From NCBI GenBank assembly GCA_051294905.1, contig CM119375.1:12090001-12154000 (forward strand): a stretch of 64,000 nucleotides of DNA, read 5' to 3'. This document shows positions 41,271 through 53,100 of the stretch, one piece after another (within the stretch, counting starts at the first letter, position 1; each line of letters starts with the position of its first letter). The translations under genes and the position numbers were made by a program. The notes beneath the pieces were generated by a model, which made no database searches, was not told where the DNA came from, and saw nothing but the letters and a program-made list of their open reading frames with translations. The DNA is from Botryllus schlosseri (lineage: Eukaryota).

Positions 41271-42229
41271 TGCATACGCGTAACTTTTCCACTTGACCTT
41301 TGTTACTATATTATTGTCACTGCAGTCGGTGGAACGACCGTCCCCGTTTCACGCCAGATTCAACTCACTGGTTTACAATACTATTCAACCATCCTTATTT
41401 ACATAAATTTGGAGTACGGTATCCTGGTGTAAGGCGCCCCCACAGCTTCATCCCATATTAAACCTCCTCGATGAGTCGCATACTCCTATGTACACGACGC
41501 AAGGAACCATAGGCTCTCAATAATGTGTCACTACGAAATGCATTTGTGTGAGTTTTCAAGTAAAAATTTCTTCGATGGTTTGTGAGGTAACAATCATGGT
41601 CAAAAATCGAAATAACACAAGCTCTAACAGTATATGAGTTTACTTCAATTCTATGGGACTGGTCTAATAACTACTTGATTCGCACACCGTGCAGTCATCT
41701 ATACCCACCCAAGTTAAATAATTCATGTAAACCTAGTGACGGGAATATTGAGCGCAAAGCAATGGTTTGCAGAAGTAGCCTACCTCAAAATTTCCAGTCG
41801 TTTCATGGTTACGAAAAAGCTGTCACAGACCGTCTCTCGTCCGGGAGTGATCTAAATTCGGATAGTGTACTTCATCATTCAATCGATTGCGGTGTAAGTA
41901 ATGCGGCTTTATATCAGGCGATAATTCAAGCGTGTTGTAATAAATACCTTCCCTGTCCCCGCAGCTTGTGAAACATTGGCATTTACAGCAGGGCGGAGTT
42001 GCTTTCTCTAGGATCCTCTAGAACACACTCGCTTTATGAACAACTGTTCAATGTAGGGATATGGATATATTCTGATACGAAAACGTTATATAATGTTTAT
42101 GCCCCTGTCGTTACCAGATATGAGCTGCAGCGTCACATCGCATTGGGAGAAATGAGGCTATATATAGGAAGCGCATGTGTACACGGAGCCAGAAAACGTG
42201 ATGTCTGCTGAGTCTAGCTATATACTTGT

Positions 42230-42766
42230 TAGAGGTCGACCGATATTGATTTTTACAGGCCGATACTGATACCGATATATCGATACACTCTCAAGGCCGA
42301 TAACCGATATCATAGGCCGATATTAATATGGAAGGAGCAGAGAACAATTTCACCAAAAATATCATATATGAGGCAAGATGGCACTTGTTTATGCCACAGA
42401 AAGCTGAACAAGAAACGAGAAAACTGAAATTGAAAAGAATTATTGCTTAATTGTGCACATTCGTTGAAATTTGCGATATACCAAAAAGCAAAACATGATA
42501 CAAATTTGCAGATCAGTCCAGAAAAGGTAGCTTGTAATGCAGGAAGCATAGTTTCTCTGCATGCTCAGTGCTCACCCAGTTAAACTCGTCCTGGAAGGGC
42601 AAATCTGTCTTATATCGCCCTTTGCGTCGTAGATTTCTTGAGATTGAGAACACGGAGCACTGAATTCCATTATTTTTATCGGTCGATAATCGGGAGCTAT
42701 CGATAATCGGGAAAGCTCTAAATATCGGCCTTTTAATTTGCCATGTCGATAATCGGTCGACCTTTA
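42230..42766. mobile_element. hAT-type MITE
   Basis: TAGAGGTCGACCGAT / ATCGGTCGACCTTTA. Perfect TSD ATACTTGT at 42222-42229 and 42767-42774. Confidence 0.88.
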
Positions 42767-43174
42767 ATACTTGTATGATGAAGCAGCCGCCTTGAGCCCA
42801 AATACTAGGATGATTGAAGGACGCTTGATTATGCTACAGTCGTTCGATCACTTGATGTAGGTATATGGCAATGACCCGAATTATTTTTTTTATATTTTCT
42901 TTGAAATTCCATCGAGAACACATTGTATGTCACATACACCTATCGTTGGATCATATGAGATCCAGATTAGCTGCATACCCTGACGGTCCATGGCAAAGGA
43001 CATGGACAATGGACATATATGGATGGCTTGAATACGACACGTTATTTGTTCGGAATTATGCGCTAATGCATGAGTTATTTTACTTTGGCTATCCTGTATT
43101 TTTCAGTTCGTTACCTAGTCGATCGTTTGATTGCAGTATAGTTACTTACACCGATTGATAATTTCAGGAACACC

Positions 43175-46100
43175 ATGAATTTAAAGAAGCTGGTCGTTAC
43201 CATCGTTTTGAGTATCTTCCGCGTAACTAACGCGGACAAGATAGACGCTACCAATACCCAATCGCGAGACCGAGACGTGGACGCAAATATCGCCCTAGAA
43301 GGCCAATGCGTCGTTGTGTGTGATGCCGAACCAGTGGCCGTAAAATCATCTCGAGACGACAGAGTTCGAAGCCCGGCCGTCGAGCAAAACGGGATTCGAA
43401 ATTTGTGGGACAACATGCGCTATTCTTGTGGCGACCTGGCCAGTGCTGCGAGCCGGACCCGGAATGTAGCTTTCACCGCCGTGCGCAGGACAAGCCTCTC
43501 AACAACGGAGCGCGATCCCATATTAGTATTCGATTATATCCAGTTGAATATCGGGGATGGATTCGATTCCTCTACTGGTATATTTACAGCTCCAGTCAGA
43601 GGGGTTTATTCCTTTTCTTTTCAAGTTTTCAGAATATTCAACAGCGACACATTGAAGATTGTGCTCAAGGTCGGTGAAAATATTAACAAATAGCTCATTT
43701 TCCACATTGCATACAATAGCATCGTCCATGCTATATTATGTATTGCTCTGCTGTGCATGAGTGACGAATGTTGATATTCCATTTGATATCATGAGCCGTA
43801 GTGTCATGTTGAGTTTGAAGAAATTTCACGGAGAAATGTGGCGTGTGCATACTAAATCAGTTGCGGTTGTAACGAGGTCTTCGATGAGTGCCGTAACATG
43901 GAATACGATGTGACATCAGTAATACACTAAAGATGGGGAACATGCCCATGGAGACGTAAAATCACTTGTTCGCGTTATTAGAAATAGCAATTAGCAATTT
44001 CATACTATGGATTCCATATCTGTTTTAAATGTGCACTGAAATCGCCCACCGAATCGCGTGTCTTCGCTCGTACAAATAATAACATTCGACTACAAAAACC
44101 TTTACAATAACAATTTTCGTCACGTCACGTTTTTCAATAATTTAATTTAAGACACCACCCTAAAATGACCTGACTTGAGTCGGACTCGAAATTTAGGAAA
44201 TATGAAATGACTCGTGACTCGACGTCACATTTTAGAGTTAATTTTCAGGTCATTGAATATTATACCTCGCACAGCATTCTGAACCTATCAGCCGAACTGA
44301 AAAGCGTCCAAGTAGTCAATACCCTTTTGAGTGAATTCAATTTCCATTAACGTTTTGGATATGGTTGATTCCATTAGCAGCGACATCACAGAAACAAACC
44401 AGCTTCGACCAACAAACCATGCACTTAACTACCGTCATAATGGCATTGACTGGCAATACATCATCACCACAACCATGCATAAATTCTCCAAATAAGTATC
44501 GTTTGTGTGACACTAGGGTTGCATTTAAAACAAAAACCAATTGAAAACAAACATGTTTAAAACTGTTTTTCTTTTTTGTTATTATTAGGAATATTCAATT
44601 TTGCCGTCATAGTGAATTGACATCGACAATTGAAAATATAGGGTAAATATCGCTCCTTTGACGAAATATCTGTACTATTGCTGTTGAAACGACTGTTTTG
44701 AGGGTTCCAATCATCCCATATCACTATACATCGGCGATATCGGGTGGTAATTGTCCGTAGGCTCATACAGGATGTTTTTTGGAAAGTATTTACACAATTA
44801 TGGCCTAATTTTATGACTTAAAAATACTTTTGTTTAAAAAGGCCAATGTTTAAAGCACTGTTTAAACATGTTTTAAACGAAGTGTTTTAAAGCACCGTTT
44901 GTTTTAAATGCAACCCTATATGTGACATTAGCCGAGGCTCCTCTAAGTTAAACATCTGTATATTACCTATGTCCGAATTCATATCGGGCTATATACGACA
45001 TTCCTAACAAGATGGGCGATTGTTTTTAAATAACCATAGTCTTTGCACGCTGTTTCGGAAGTCGTTCGATGAACTTGAATCCACCCTGAAGGCCTGCACA
45101 TATTTTGGAGATAGGATTAGGAGTGCACAAAGTCCAAAATGCGAAACCTAAAATATTTGTGTTTTAATCACTTGATTGACAATAAATTGAAATTGTAGTT
45201 GACCTAGCTTGACTCTGGTCGCTTTGATTTGTGTGACTTGACTTGACTCGCATTATGGAAATGACTCGTGAAGACAAAGCATGGTGACTTGATCCCAACT
45301 TTGTTACTAATATATTTGTGTGGAATGTCACTTTGCACGTTCTAGAACAGCGGTGCTGAAAGTGGGGGCGAAAGCAACTCAGGGGAGGCGCAAAGCCGTC
45401 TGAGAGAAATGACGTTTCTTGAACTCGGAATGAGTTTAATTTGTGCTGAAACTTCCAAGCTTCAAAAATGGTAACAATACTAATTATATTTCGATTTTAA
45501 ATGTCATAATCGCGTCGTACCATCCACACACTGACGGTAGGCTTTAACTGATACCGAACCTTGCACTAATCAGAAGATGTTCCTGAATGAAGTGTAACTG
45601 GTGAATTCGTGTATGTATATAGCTATGTCATTGGTTTTTGATTTAGCTTATGATCAGGTACGTTTGGGCTAAGCTCAAGCGGGGTATTAGAAGGGATTAG
45701 GCACCCAAATCGCTATAATATCTATATGCTACGTGCTACCATTGCGCATGATTATGTTTAACAAAATATTCAGCGGGAAATCTTTTCGCGCTTGACACGA
45801 TTTACCTCCAACTAGGGTTGCATTTAAACAAATGGTGGTTTAAAACACTTTTTTTTAAAACATGTTGTTTCAAGCAGTGTTTAAACAAAGGCCTTTTGAA
45901 TAAAATTGTGATCTTTTTAAGTTGTATAATTATCCAAAAATTGTGTAAATACTTTCTAAAAACCATGTAGTATGAGTGTACAGACTATTTACACCCGATA
46001 TAGCCGGCGTATACGATATGGAATGGTTGGAACCCGCGGAATTGTCGGCTCAACAGCTATAGTATACGCATATATAGATCATTGGTACGGAATGAATGTT

Positions 46101-48449
46101 CTGATGATGATGTCCGCCGACCGTAAAAATGCTGCACGACGATTTAGTCCTGATTGAGATGTTTTTGGTCCGTGTATGACTGCGGTTGGAAGCTTTTTTC
46201 GTCAAAGGAGCTATATTTACCCTATATATTTTCAATTGTAAATGGCATTCTACTACGACGTCAAAATTGAATATTCGTGGGCCTTGTTTCAAACATGCTT
46301 GTTTTTAATCGATTTTTGTTTTAAATGCAATTTATCATCCGAATTCCATATTTAAGAAGTGTCTCAACAGCCACAGCTCCTTCCATGCCACTAAACAATG
46401 CATGGGGATTGCAAACATTCTGGTTGCACTGTTTACTATTTTTTGATATGACGATAGGGGACGCGAAATTTTCCACTATCGTCAAGGGAGGGGGGTGTCG
46501 AAAAAAGTTTGAGAACCGCTGTTCTATAATCTAGATTGCAAACAACTTCCTAAACTAATTGACTGGCTGTTACAGACAATAATACAGACTCCGGTCGCGT
46601 TGTTGGCCAAAATCGACTGCCTGAGTGGTTCGATTCTTAATCGAGTATTCGACTTCGAGTCGAGTCTACTATCATTCGATATGACGTCATAAAAGTACGA
46701 AAGATGCGATAAACTGATATATGTAAATTGTACATGTACGTTTTATGCCACCATAAATAGAATAATAATGTCAGTTCTGTTGTACATTAAAGGTAATTTG
46801 GAAGTTTTTGACCATACCTATTTCATTGTACTTTGTGACAATGCTGCTGTGGGTTAATCGCGACTTCACAGAGATGACATTTCGCTTAGGCTGGTAGCTT
46901 TGTACTGCATGTATCGTATGAAGTGATACGACCAATCGACGTTTCAAGACCGCCACGATCGGTAATACTAATAATATATGTTACGGTGCTTATGATTTCT
47001 TCGTGGTTCATCATTCGTCACGTAGAATGCTGTGTAGCCTCTTATGCGACGCGGTGACAGTAGCCGGCTTTCATTTCTTGCTGTTGTTTATAGTTTGCGT
47101 ATCGTTTATTTTATCGTCTTGGTATGTCTCTGGGATATCAGCGGCGGTATTTTAATAAGATGTTCGCACACTTGGTCGTCTTGCTTCGTACCTATTTGGA
47201 TGGGATATATAAAGTCAGGCTACTGCAATCATTCCCTTCATATGTCGTTTCTTATAGACGACATTATATAGAAACTATAATTCTCGTCGTAAAATTATGT
47301 ACTCAGAAAATTATTCGAGAATATATTATCATTATTCGAAAGATCGACTCATTGTGCCAATCCCTCGTTCTAGAATGATACTCTTTTCGTGGTAGATCTG
47401 AAATGTCATGTGGTCTACCGGATTCTACATGCCAGACATAAAATATTCAAAAATACGAACACCAAAACAACACAGTAACACGATTGAACCCATTAAAATC
47501 CGTTATTTCCCAAAATCCACGCATTCGCATGAATGATTCTGTTTTACCTATGAATCGTTCAAACATGAAATGCATTAATCCCTTACTTATTCTGCACAAA
47601 GACACGAAAAGAATTATAATAAAAACCCGTCGGAGGACAGTACGTTTTGAGACCCAAGTGACTTCGGAAGCGAAAATCAATTTTACACGGGAATTAATTT
47701 CTGCACAATCGATCCTGCCCGTAAGCCGCGAATTTGAATGCCATGACATGTAAGAAATGATTTAATTACTCGCGCATTCAATGTTATCATTCATGTATCA
47801 CCGAATTTGTCCTATCATAAATTTAAGTTTTGATAACATTTATAACCAAAGTAGCATATGTGAAGGTTTTAAAGTGGATCGAAGGGCATATAGGGGATGG
47901 CGGATTAGATTGTGTCGCCTATAGCTCCATACCGATAACTGGAATTCTAAACCACTAATGTTTAGTAGATCCTATGTCAGGAATCTACTGGAATTCGACC
48001 GTTGCCACCGCACTTGATTTCGATAACGTTTCTGAAATTAACTTTAAATTATTTTTGCACTGCATCGACGAAGCATGGCAATTCAAAGATGCGTATATGA
48101 TGTCGGCTACTTATCTTTTTGTGGTCACATAAAGTCGACTTCTTTGGCATGCAACACCGTGGAAAGCGATGCGTAGCATGAAATATTTATTGGATGCCAG
48201 ATTGAATTACTTCTATCTTGGATCATCCGATCAGCCCCATAGTGATCGCCTTTCTTTCTGCAGAAAAACACCGCACCCGTTTTTGAGGGTTTCGCTGGCG
48301 GCAGCGCCTATGATTTCGATTCCGCACATAATCAAGGGATGATACTTTTGGAAGCGGACGACAGAGTTTATTTACAGGCCATGGAGAGTAGAATGACAGC
48401 CGGTTGGATAAAATCGACCTTCTCGGGATATCTTGTGTTCGAAAATTGA
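43175..48449 (+). CDS. Cerebellin-like secreted C1q-domain protein, 2 coding exons, 226 aa
   Basis: Exon 1 is 43175-43669 (donor AAG|GT); exon 2 is 48264-48449 (acceptor TTTCTTTCTGCAG); phase 0. Signal peptide MNLKKLVVTIVLSIFRVTNA, cerebellin-type LEGQCVVVCD, and a C1q domain from VAFTAVR...FDYIQLNIGDGFDSSTGIFTAPVRGVYSFSF to LLEADDRVYL...WIKSTFSGYLVFEN*. AATAAA at 48532-48537. No vertebrate paralogue can be assigned. Confidence 0.9.
44514..44918. mobile_element. hAT-type MITE in the cerebellin-like intron
   Basis: TAGGGTTGCATTTAAAAC...GTTTTAAATGCAACCCTA; diverged inverted relative at 45813-46330. Confidence 0.8.
45348..46521. mobile_element. hAT (Buster-type) element containing a nested TAGGGTTGCATTT MITE (45813-46330)
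   Basis: CAGCGGTGCTGAAA...TTTGAGAACCGCTG, TSD TTCTAGAA / TTCTATAA. The right end resembles the 55136-55456 family. Confidence 0.7.
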
Positions 48450-50141
48450 TTTTTATGTCTAAATCGCAAAATGTTGTATTACCTGCTTTATCCGCTTTTG
48501 CGTTAGTGTTGGATGATGTGTTTTTTATGCAAATAAAATTGAAAAACGCCAAATTCATTCACCGCTAATGTGTATCAATCAGAATTATATATTCTTCAAT
48601 GTATGCACACTGCACCCATATATAGGAGTCCCAAATATAGTAGCCTACCCCATATTCCAGACCCGTTAAATCTATTACGCTATATGATACTACTGAAGGC
48701 ACGATTAACATGTGTTGTCTCTTCAATGAGATTCTATGCGATCGCAAAATTCTTACTCTGGCAACTGGTGATGTATCTGGACCAGAATCGGATGCAGCCA
48801 AAGTGACACTATGTTCACGAGTAATAGAGATTGGAGTAGCAGTATGAAATTTCGCGATGATTGTCCACCATACATGCATCGTGTCACATTATCATCTGCT
48901 GTACAGGCAGGGTCGCAGGCTCATGTAGGATAGCTGGACTCTTCTTCCCCTACGTCGCTATTCTTACAGTGTTTTTACAAATAAAGTCGAGACAAAGGCC
49001 CGGGCAAGGACGAATACAAGGAAAGCGACGAAGAAGAGCTTAAAAGATAGCCGAATATATTATGATAAACAGACCGTACTGATAGCTTCAGCATCTTCAT
49101 ACTTCTCATGATATAGCATTGTGTCTTGTGTATCGCATTGTAGGCCCACATTGTTGTCCGTATTACATTAATATTATAGTTGAAGTCTGGTCAAAACACT
49201 CGTTGCATAATGTAGATAATGTAAAACTGTCGATCTACTACGACAGACAGTCGAATCATTAGTGTTTGGCAGCAGATAAATACATTGCAAAAAGCCGATA
49301 TCTTGAAACCTTTTATCCGCTCGTTTTATACAGATTTCCACTACAAAACTAATGGTTCTACAAAATCTACATGGATGGTTGTTTGTTGGCCCTGACAAAC
49401 AACTATTCGTGTAGTTCAACGTCAGTACAAATAACCAACGCGGTGTAAATGGATGAATTATTCATGATAATTATTTGATTCCAACCATTCCTGCAGGAGC
49501 TGGCAGGGCTTTTACCGTCCGAATAAGTCAGTTTTAATGTAGTGCTGTGGTTTCACATTACATTGATCCCAACGTCATCTGCACATATGACATTCACAAC
49601 ATAAACGCACATTACTCGGTAAAGTGTTGCAGATTAGCACTGCTCCGAAAAATGTAAAATTATGAAATACGCATTCATTGCAATGTTGGTCTATTCTGTG
49701 ATGCATCTGCATTCCATGGTCGTATTTTGCATTCTAATTGCGACCAGAGTGTTTCAATCTGTTCGATATCGCTGATGTAGCTACGTAATATAAATGAGCC
49801 GGGGACAAAAGTTCCAAGTACAATCTGATTATTCGAACTTATTCCCGCAAAGCACTCGTAACAAAATAGCCTACAGATCAATTTCGTGTGTTATCATGAA
49901 AAGATATCTCATTAAAGACCGGATTGGGATTATCGCAATATAAAACAACCATCATAGCTCACACGGGCATAGGAATGCGTAGTCTACCGGTGAAAATAAC
50001 CTCCAGTCTCAGGCGTTGCATTACTTGAATATCTAGCGCTCAAAGCGTGTATCTCGCGGACGCATATATGCAACGAATTGAAGATGTCCAAGTTATATTT
50101 CTCCTTCGGCACGGAATATCTTGAATTCCATCCAGCCTTCG

Positions 50142-53100
50142 TTACGCCGGTGAAATCTCGTCGGGATCTTGAGATTGGTTGGAAAGTGGCTGCATCTCCG
50201 TGTCCTCCTTAGCCTTGGTCTGGCCTTTTTGCGATTCTCGCTTTTCTTGACGGATATCTGCTCGGGCGATATCTCTTCGATGCTAAAGTGAGATCAGCAA
50301 TTACAACGTCTGAAGTCAATGATCAATAAAAAGTAAATCGTCGTTCTAAATGTATCAAGTAATTGATTGATTGATTAATTAATTGGTAATCAACTCTGCA
50401 AAACATTATATAAGCATCTGTGCAGATTCGAGAACGGATGGGCGAGATGGGCATGGGCTTAGTTATGATATGATGATTAGGATTTTAAAACTAATAAATC
50501 TGCGACCAGAGAGGACCAAAGCCAATGAAGATTACGCCAGGCGTTAGCCTGTTGATATTTAAAGGTCAACTGCATCTCAAAAATGACTTTACCTTATTTC
50601 GTACATTATGTGGTTAGGAATATGAATAAAATAATGAAAATTGAAAATACCTTATAGTTTTCAAGTAATTTAAATTATAAATCGAAAAGTCAAAAAACGG
50701 AAACGAAACCATTCAGCCATGAAATGACGTCATGTAACTGACACAGCAGAAGTCTTGATACCTGGTTTGCATAAGGTTATCCCTGTTGCTGTGGATTTGA
50801 GTGTTTCAGTGTGATCATGAAAGCTGTTAAGATGAGGAATGGAGGTAGACGTTATGTCGCGTATGGCTGCTACAATACGCAATATGCGGTACTCAAAGTG
50901 TCCTTACATCGCTTTCACAAGCCATATGCCGTCAGCCGACCGGACGCCTATAGCTGAACAGTGCGGAAGACCAAAATTGCGCACAGAATCATATTCATGC
51001 GCGGATCACTTCCAACCATCTTGCTTCAATGAAGTATCCGAGATACACAAGCTAGTTGACTACCGAACACAGGCAACTATCGCATGTACTCCCGTCCACA
51101 CTTTATTTTCACAGAGGAATACCGGTACTCCTCTAAAGCTACGTACTGTCCGAAATCGGTAAGTGAAAATGTATTGAGTCAGCTAGTACTATAAGACTGT
51201 AACTAACCGTTTCTATTAGTATTGACTGTGGTAGTAACGAAAGTAGTTATTGTTTGCACTCAAGTATACATGTAGAATTAAGTACGGTACCGTATATGCC
51301 TTCAAAAACTTCTGAAGTGGAAGTATTCTAAAATTAAGCCACTTCACTCATTGAATGAAGTAGTGGCATTAGTTACTGAAAAGGGAGTATGTAACCAGCT
51401 GACTGCATGACCTGATGGTTACATCGCTGACCTCCTTTTATGCCAATATGGAATAGGTGTCTCGTGCACACCAAAGATTCCACTGACTGCACACAGGTGT
51501 GACGCCGAAAACCGCCTTGGCACACCAAAGATATTGCGCTAAACGTACCGGGATTCCAACCTGGCTTTTATGGACTCCGTGGATAATTGAAAAGGACGCG
51601 ACTCGAGCCAAAACTACAGAAGTGAGATGACTTGTGACTCGAAAATTTGCCACTTGGCTGCAACCCTGATAAAATCATAGACTGATGAAACTGTAGCCTA
51701 TGAGTCAGGAAGCCTACTTATCATGTAAGCAGCAAAAGCAACACGATAATACCGATGATCCATTACTATATCGTAATCTATGTCCCTCTCAAGATGTTGG
51801 CAGCTCAGCGGAGATGAGAAAGTACCAGTATCACCATAACTGTCGTAAAGTACTCTGTTAACTGTTCAAAACAACCCTTATAAGATTTCACCATATTCAC
51901 AAGCCATACGCATCATTGTAGGATGAAGTTTGCAATCCTTTATTTAATGATACTTGAGAAGGAATACTGCCTTCAATCTGACTGTGTTATAACACCTTGT
52001 GATATTTTTTTGCCTTCTCTAGATTACTGCAATGAAGAAGTCAATGCACTCGTCAAAACACGACCAGGAACGGCAGAGTTCATCAATTTTATTTGAGTAG
52101 CGGCATCGTCAAAATTAGCTCGGATGATGATATTGCTGGACACAAAACCCGATATGTTTCTCTTCCTGATACAGTAGCAGTGTTGATGGATTAGTTTGTT
52201 GCATTTACTATTTTCAACAAAACTATTTTCATGCGCAATGAAGCATTTCAAAATTGAAATCCTTTGAAACTACTGGATGTGACTTTTGATCGGATGGCAG
52301 TAACGACATGCGCAGGCAGGATTTTCCGTGTTGTTTTCTGCAGAATCCCCATAGCAATCGGACGAAATTCCTGTGCAGTGTTTCTCAGCTTCCTGAAAAG
52401 TGTAGTGTAAGGAAATTACTTGGCAACGGACTCGCCGTTTCATCTTAATGAGGCTCATTCACTCATGCATCAAACTAGATGTTATAATTCTGTGGCCATA
52501 ATCCTGTTCATATCTATAGTAAGACATCTTCAATGCATCACCATCCCAACAAGCTGATTGAAATCATGGTAATGGTGTGATTCACTCTTATTCTGTCAGC
52601 ACAAACTCTCCTTGATAGTTGTCATTTAAGCTGGCAACCTCCATATTAACACCTGTGATTGATTGTAGCAAGATTCCTAATTGAAACGAAGTAATCCACC
52701 AAATTATACATAGGCCGCTACCATACTGCATTTCATTTAGCTTTTACGCTGATCACACTACAGATTACCAACCGACCCATCATACGAAGCTGATAGGGGT
52801 TCCACTGATGTGGGATCGAGCGAATCACCACCTGAAGCGCGTCCGCATTTCATACTTACATTCAAGTACTCAGATTCAGGTTTAACACCATACAAGCGAG
52901 TCCTTCGCCATATAACTAACTCAAATATTCGCCCAGCGTCTTGGCGAACACACAATCACACATATCCCCTGTGGTGAGAATAGAGATGTCATGTACTTGA
53001 CGTCACAATGCACATTCTGCTTTTTCTGTAAACATGCCAATATTGGGACTTTCAGTCAAAATTACGGCAATTTCCGATTGAGTAGAAACACGGAAAGTCG

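Noticed and set aside
47020-47070. NAV*PLMRRGD as the second cerebellin exon
   Set aside because: It contains stops; a clean, complete exon 2 exists at 48264-48449.
52270-52970. Extra exons or a decayed paralogue of the membrane protein (WNPYQLR resembling FNPYDIR)
   Set aside because: The segment lies inside the Kolobok TIRs, has several stops, and is better explained as KolX remnant.
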